This document shows positions 62,463 to 64,000 of a stretch of DNA of 64,000 nt, piece by piece. A program made the translations under genes and the position numbers. This DNA is from Gemmatimonadaceae bacterium (lineage in GTDB: Bacteria > Gemmatimonadota > Gemmatimonadetes > Gemmatimonadales > Gemmatimonadaceae). The DNA lies in assembly GCA_051859245.1 (NCBI GenBank), contig JBHYGA010000001.1, positions 1,373,722 through 1,437,721 of the forward strand, written 5' to 3'. Numbering within the stretch: position 1 is the first letter of the stretch; every line of letters starts with the position of its first letter. The notes under the pieces were generated by a model. The model was not told the origin of the DNA. It did not search any database and saw nothing but the letters and a program-made list of their open reading frames with translations.

Positions 62463-63431
62463 ATGGCCAACAAGAACGCGCTCGTAACGGGCGGAGCTGG
62501 GTTTATCGGATCGCACGTCGCGGATCGGCTGCTCGCCGCCGGCTACGACGTCACCATCCTCGACAACCTTTCGAGCGGTCGCCGTGAAAACCTGCCCAGT
62601 GCGGCGCGTTTTGTGGAAGCAGACATCACGACGCCTGAGGCCGCGGCGGTTGTGCGCGAAGGTCGATTTGATGTGATGTGCCACCTGGCCGCGCAGATCG
62701 ATGTGCGTCGCAGCATGGATGATCCCGCGTACGATGCGCGGATCAACATCATCGGCACACTCAATCTGATGGAGGCGATTCGCACGGCGAGCCCGAACAC
62801 ACGCGTCGTGTTTTCGAGCACGGGGGGCGCGTTGTACGGTGATTTCGAGCCGCCACCAAGCGCCGAGCGTCTGGCCAAAGATCCCGAGGCACCGTATGGG
62901 ATCGCGAAGTTGGCGGTGGAGTACTACCTCGCGTACTACGGTCGCGTGCATGGCATCGACACCGTGGCGCTGCGATATGGCAACGTCTACGGCCCGCGAC
63001 AGGACCCGCATGGTGAGGCTGGTGTGGTCGCGATTTTCTGCAATCGTCTGCTTGATGCACGCGCGCTCACCGTGTTCGGTGACGGCACGCAAACGCGCGA
63101 CTACGTGTACGCCGGTGACGTTGCAGCGGCGAACGTGCTGGCCGCGGGCGCTACGCTGCCGCCGGCTGCGCGCCTTGATGCGCGCGCGTTCAACATCGGA
63201 ACCGGCGTTGAGACGTCGGTGAACACGGTCGCCGGCTCCTTGCAGCGCGCTGCGGGCAGCACTACGCCCATTGAGTACGCGCCGGCTCGCGCGGGTGAGT
63301 TGTTGCGCTCCGCGCTCGACACCCGCAAAGCGCATGAGGTGCTGGGTTGGTCGCCGTCCATGTCGATCGATGACGGATTGGCTGAAACCTTTCGCTGGTT
63401 CGCCGCGCGGCGCGCTGGTACCACGGCATGA
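62463..63431 (+). CDS. NAD-dependent epimerase/dehydratase (UDP-glucose 4-epimerase-like)
   Basis: TGGAGFIGSH, SSTGGALYG, YGIAK, NVYGPRQDPHGEAGVV. Confidence 0.9.
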   Translation: MANKNALVTGGAGFIGSHVADRLLAAGYDVTILDNLSSGRRENLPSAARFVEADITTPEAAAVVREGRFDVMCHLAAQIDVRRSMDDPAYDARINIIGTLNLMEAIRTASPNTRVVFSSTGGALYGDFEPPPSAERLAKDPEAPYGIAKLAVEYYLAYYGRVHGIDTVALRYGNVYGPRQDPHGEAGVVAIFCNRLLDARALTVFGDGTQTRDYVYAGDVAAANVLAAGATLPPAARLDARAFNIGTGVETSVNTVAGSLQRAAGSTTPIEYAPARAGELLRSALDTRKAHEVLGWSPSMSIDDGLAETFRWFAARRAGTTA

Positions 63432-64000
63432 TGCTCGCGTCTGTGCACGCACTGCTCGATGCTCCGCACGCGTTGTTCGTGGTTGTCGCTCAGCTCGAGG
63501 CGTCGGACGCGTCGGGTTCGTGGCGCATGCTCATTACCGATGACCCGCTGCACAACGCGGTTCTGATTTTTCTGGCGGTGCTCTCGCTCATGAGCTGGGG
63601 CATCATGTTCTCCAAGTTCTCGGAGTTTCGACGCGCGGAAAAGAATGGCAAAGCGTTTATGCGAGAGTTCGAGAGCGCGAAGAACATGAACGAGGCGATG
63701 CTTGCGGCGCAGCGTGCCACGTCCAGTCCGTTCACAGTGGTGTTTGCGCGCGCGCTTCAGTTTTTGAACGAGACCACGCCGGCGCTTGCCGGCTCCAGCG
63801 ATCGCACCGCGCGCTTCAGCGGATCACAGGTGGAAGCACTGCGGCTCGTGCTCGACGCCGAATCCGGCGCGGAACGTGAGAAGCTCGGCCGGTTCATCAC
63901 GTGGCTCGCAACGGTGGGCTCGGTGAGTCCGCTCATCGGTCTGTTTGGCACCGTGCTCGGCGTGATCAGTGCCTTTCAGGGTGTTGTCGCGTCAGGCTCG
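63428..64000 (+). CDS. MotA/TolQ/ExbB proton channel family protein (runs off the window)
   Basis: ATGA overlap; SLMSWGIMFSK and WLATVGSVSPLIGLFGTVLGVISAF. Confidence 0.9.
   Translation, partial: MMLASVHALLDAPHALFVVVAQLEASDASGSWRMLITDDPLHNAVLIFLAVLSLMSWGIMFSKFSEFRRAEKNGKAFMREFESAKNMNEAMLAAQRATSSPFTVVFARALQFLNETTPALAGSSDRTARFSGSQVEALRLVLDAESGAEREKLGRFITWLATVGSVSPLIGLFGTVLGVISAFQGVVASGS

Overview
A GC-rich, gene-dense bacterial chromosomal window. Gene content and protein style suggest Gemmatimonadota (inference, not a database result). Left arm (1-17.7 kb): a 2-oxoacid dehydrogenase E1a/E1b/E2 operon with small unknown ORFs, PHP, SDR, an unknown Rossmann/Cys-rich protein, trxB, MBL hydrolase, aspA/fumC-family lyase, Rrf2, tRNA-Leu(CAG), smpB, amidase, TPR-like lipoprotein and pyrD-pyrF. 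A ~13 kb accessory block (17.7-30.9 kb) holds an EAL-CBS-GGDEF protein, a fused glucosylglycerol-phosphate phosphatase/synthase, an S1/P1 nuclease, TetR plus FAD monooxygenase, a decayed VapBC pair, an ECF sigma/anti-sigma/VWA module and an Xre-RES toxin-antitoxin pair. Right arm: rpmJ-rpsM-rpsK-rpsD-rpoA-rplQ-rpmB, gmd/rmd, carB, wbpD/B/E/A-like sugar genes, bamD, nadD, secA, a hybrid kinase, radC, rel, uvrB, tsaE, tandem HD-GYP, tsaB, rimI, ssb, LysM, galE-like and a partial tolQ/exbB. Two observations stand out. (1) In the ECF module, the anti-sigma and the VWA protein both carry a SusC-type N-terminal-extension domain followed by a TonB-box-like LSQVVV, and the sigma and VWA genes share an identical bipartite upstream motif TGTGCAAGTTTTG-N9-GCGTCTA. 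(2) Exported proteins are strongly enriched in the Bacteroides-type O-glycosylation sequon D-(S/T)-(A/I/L/V/M/T). No CRISPR array, integrase or transposase was seen.
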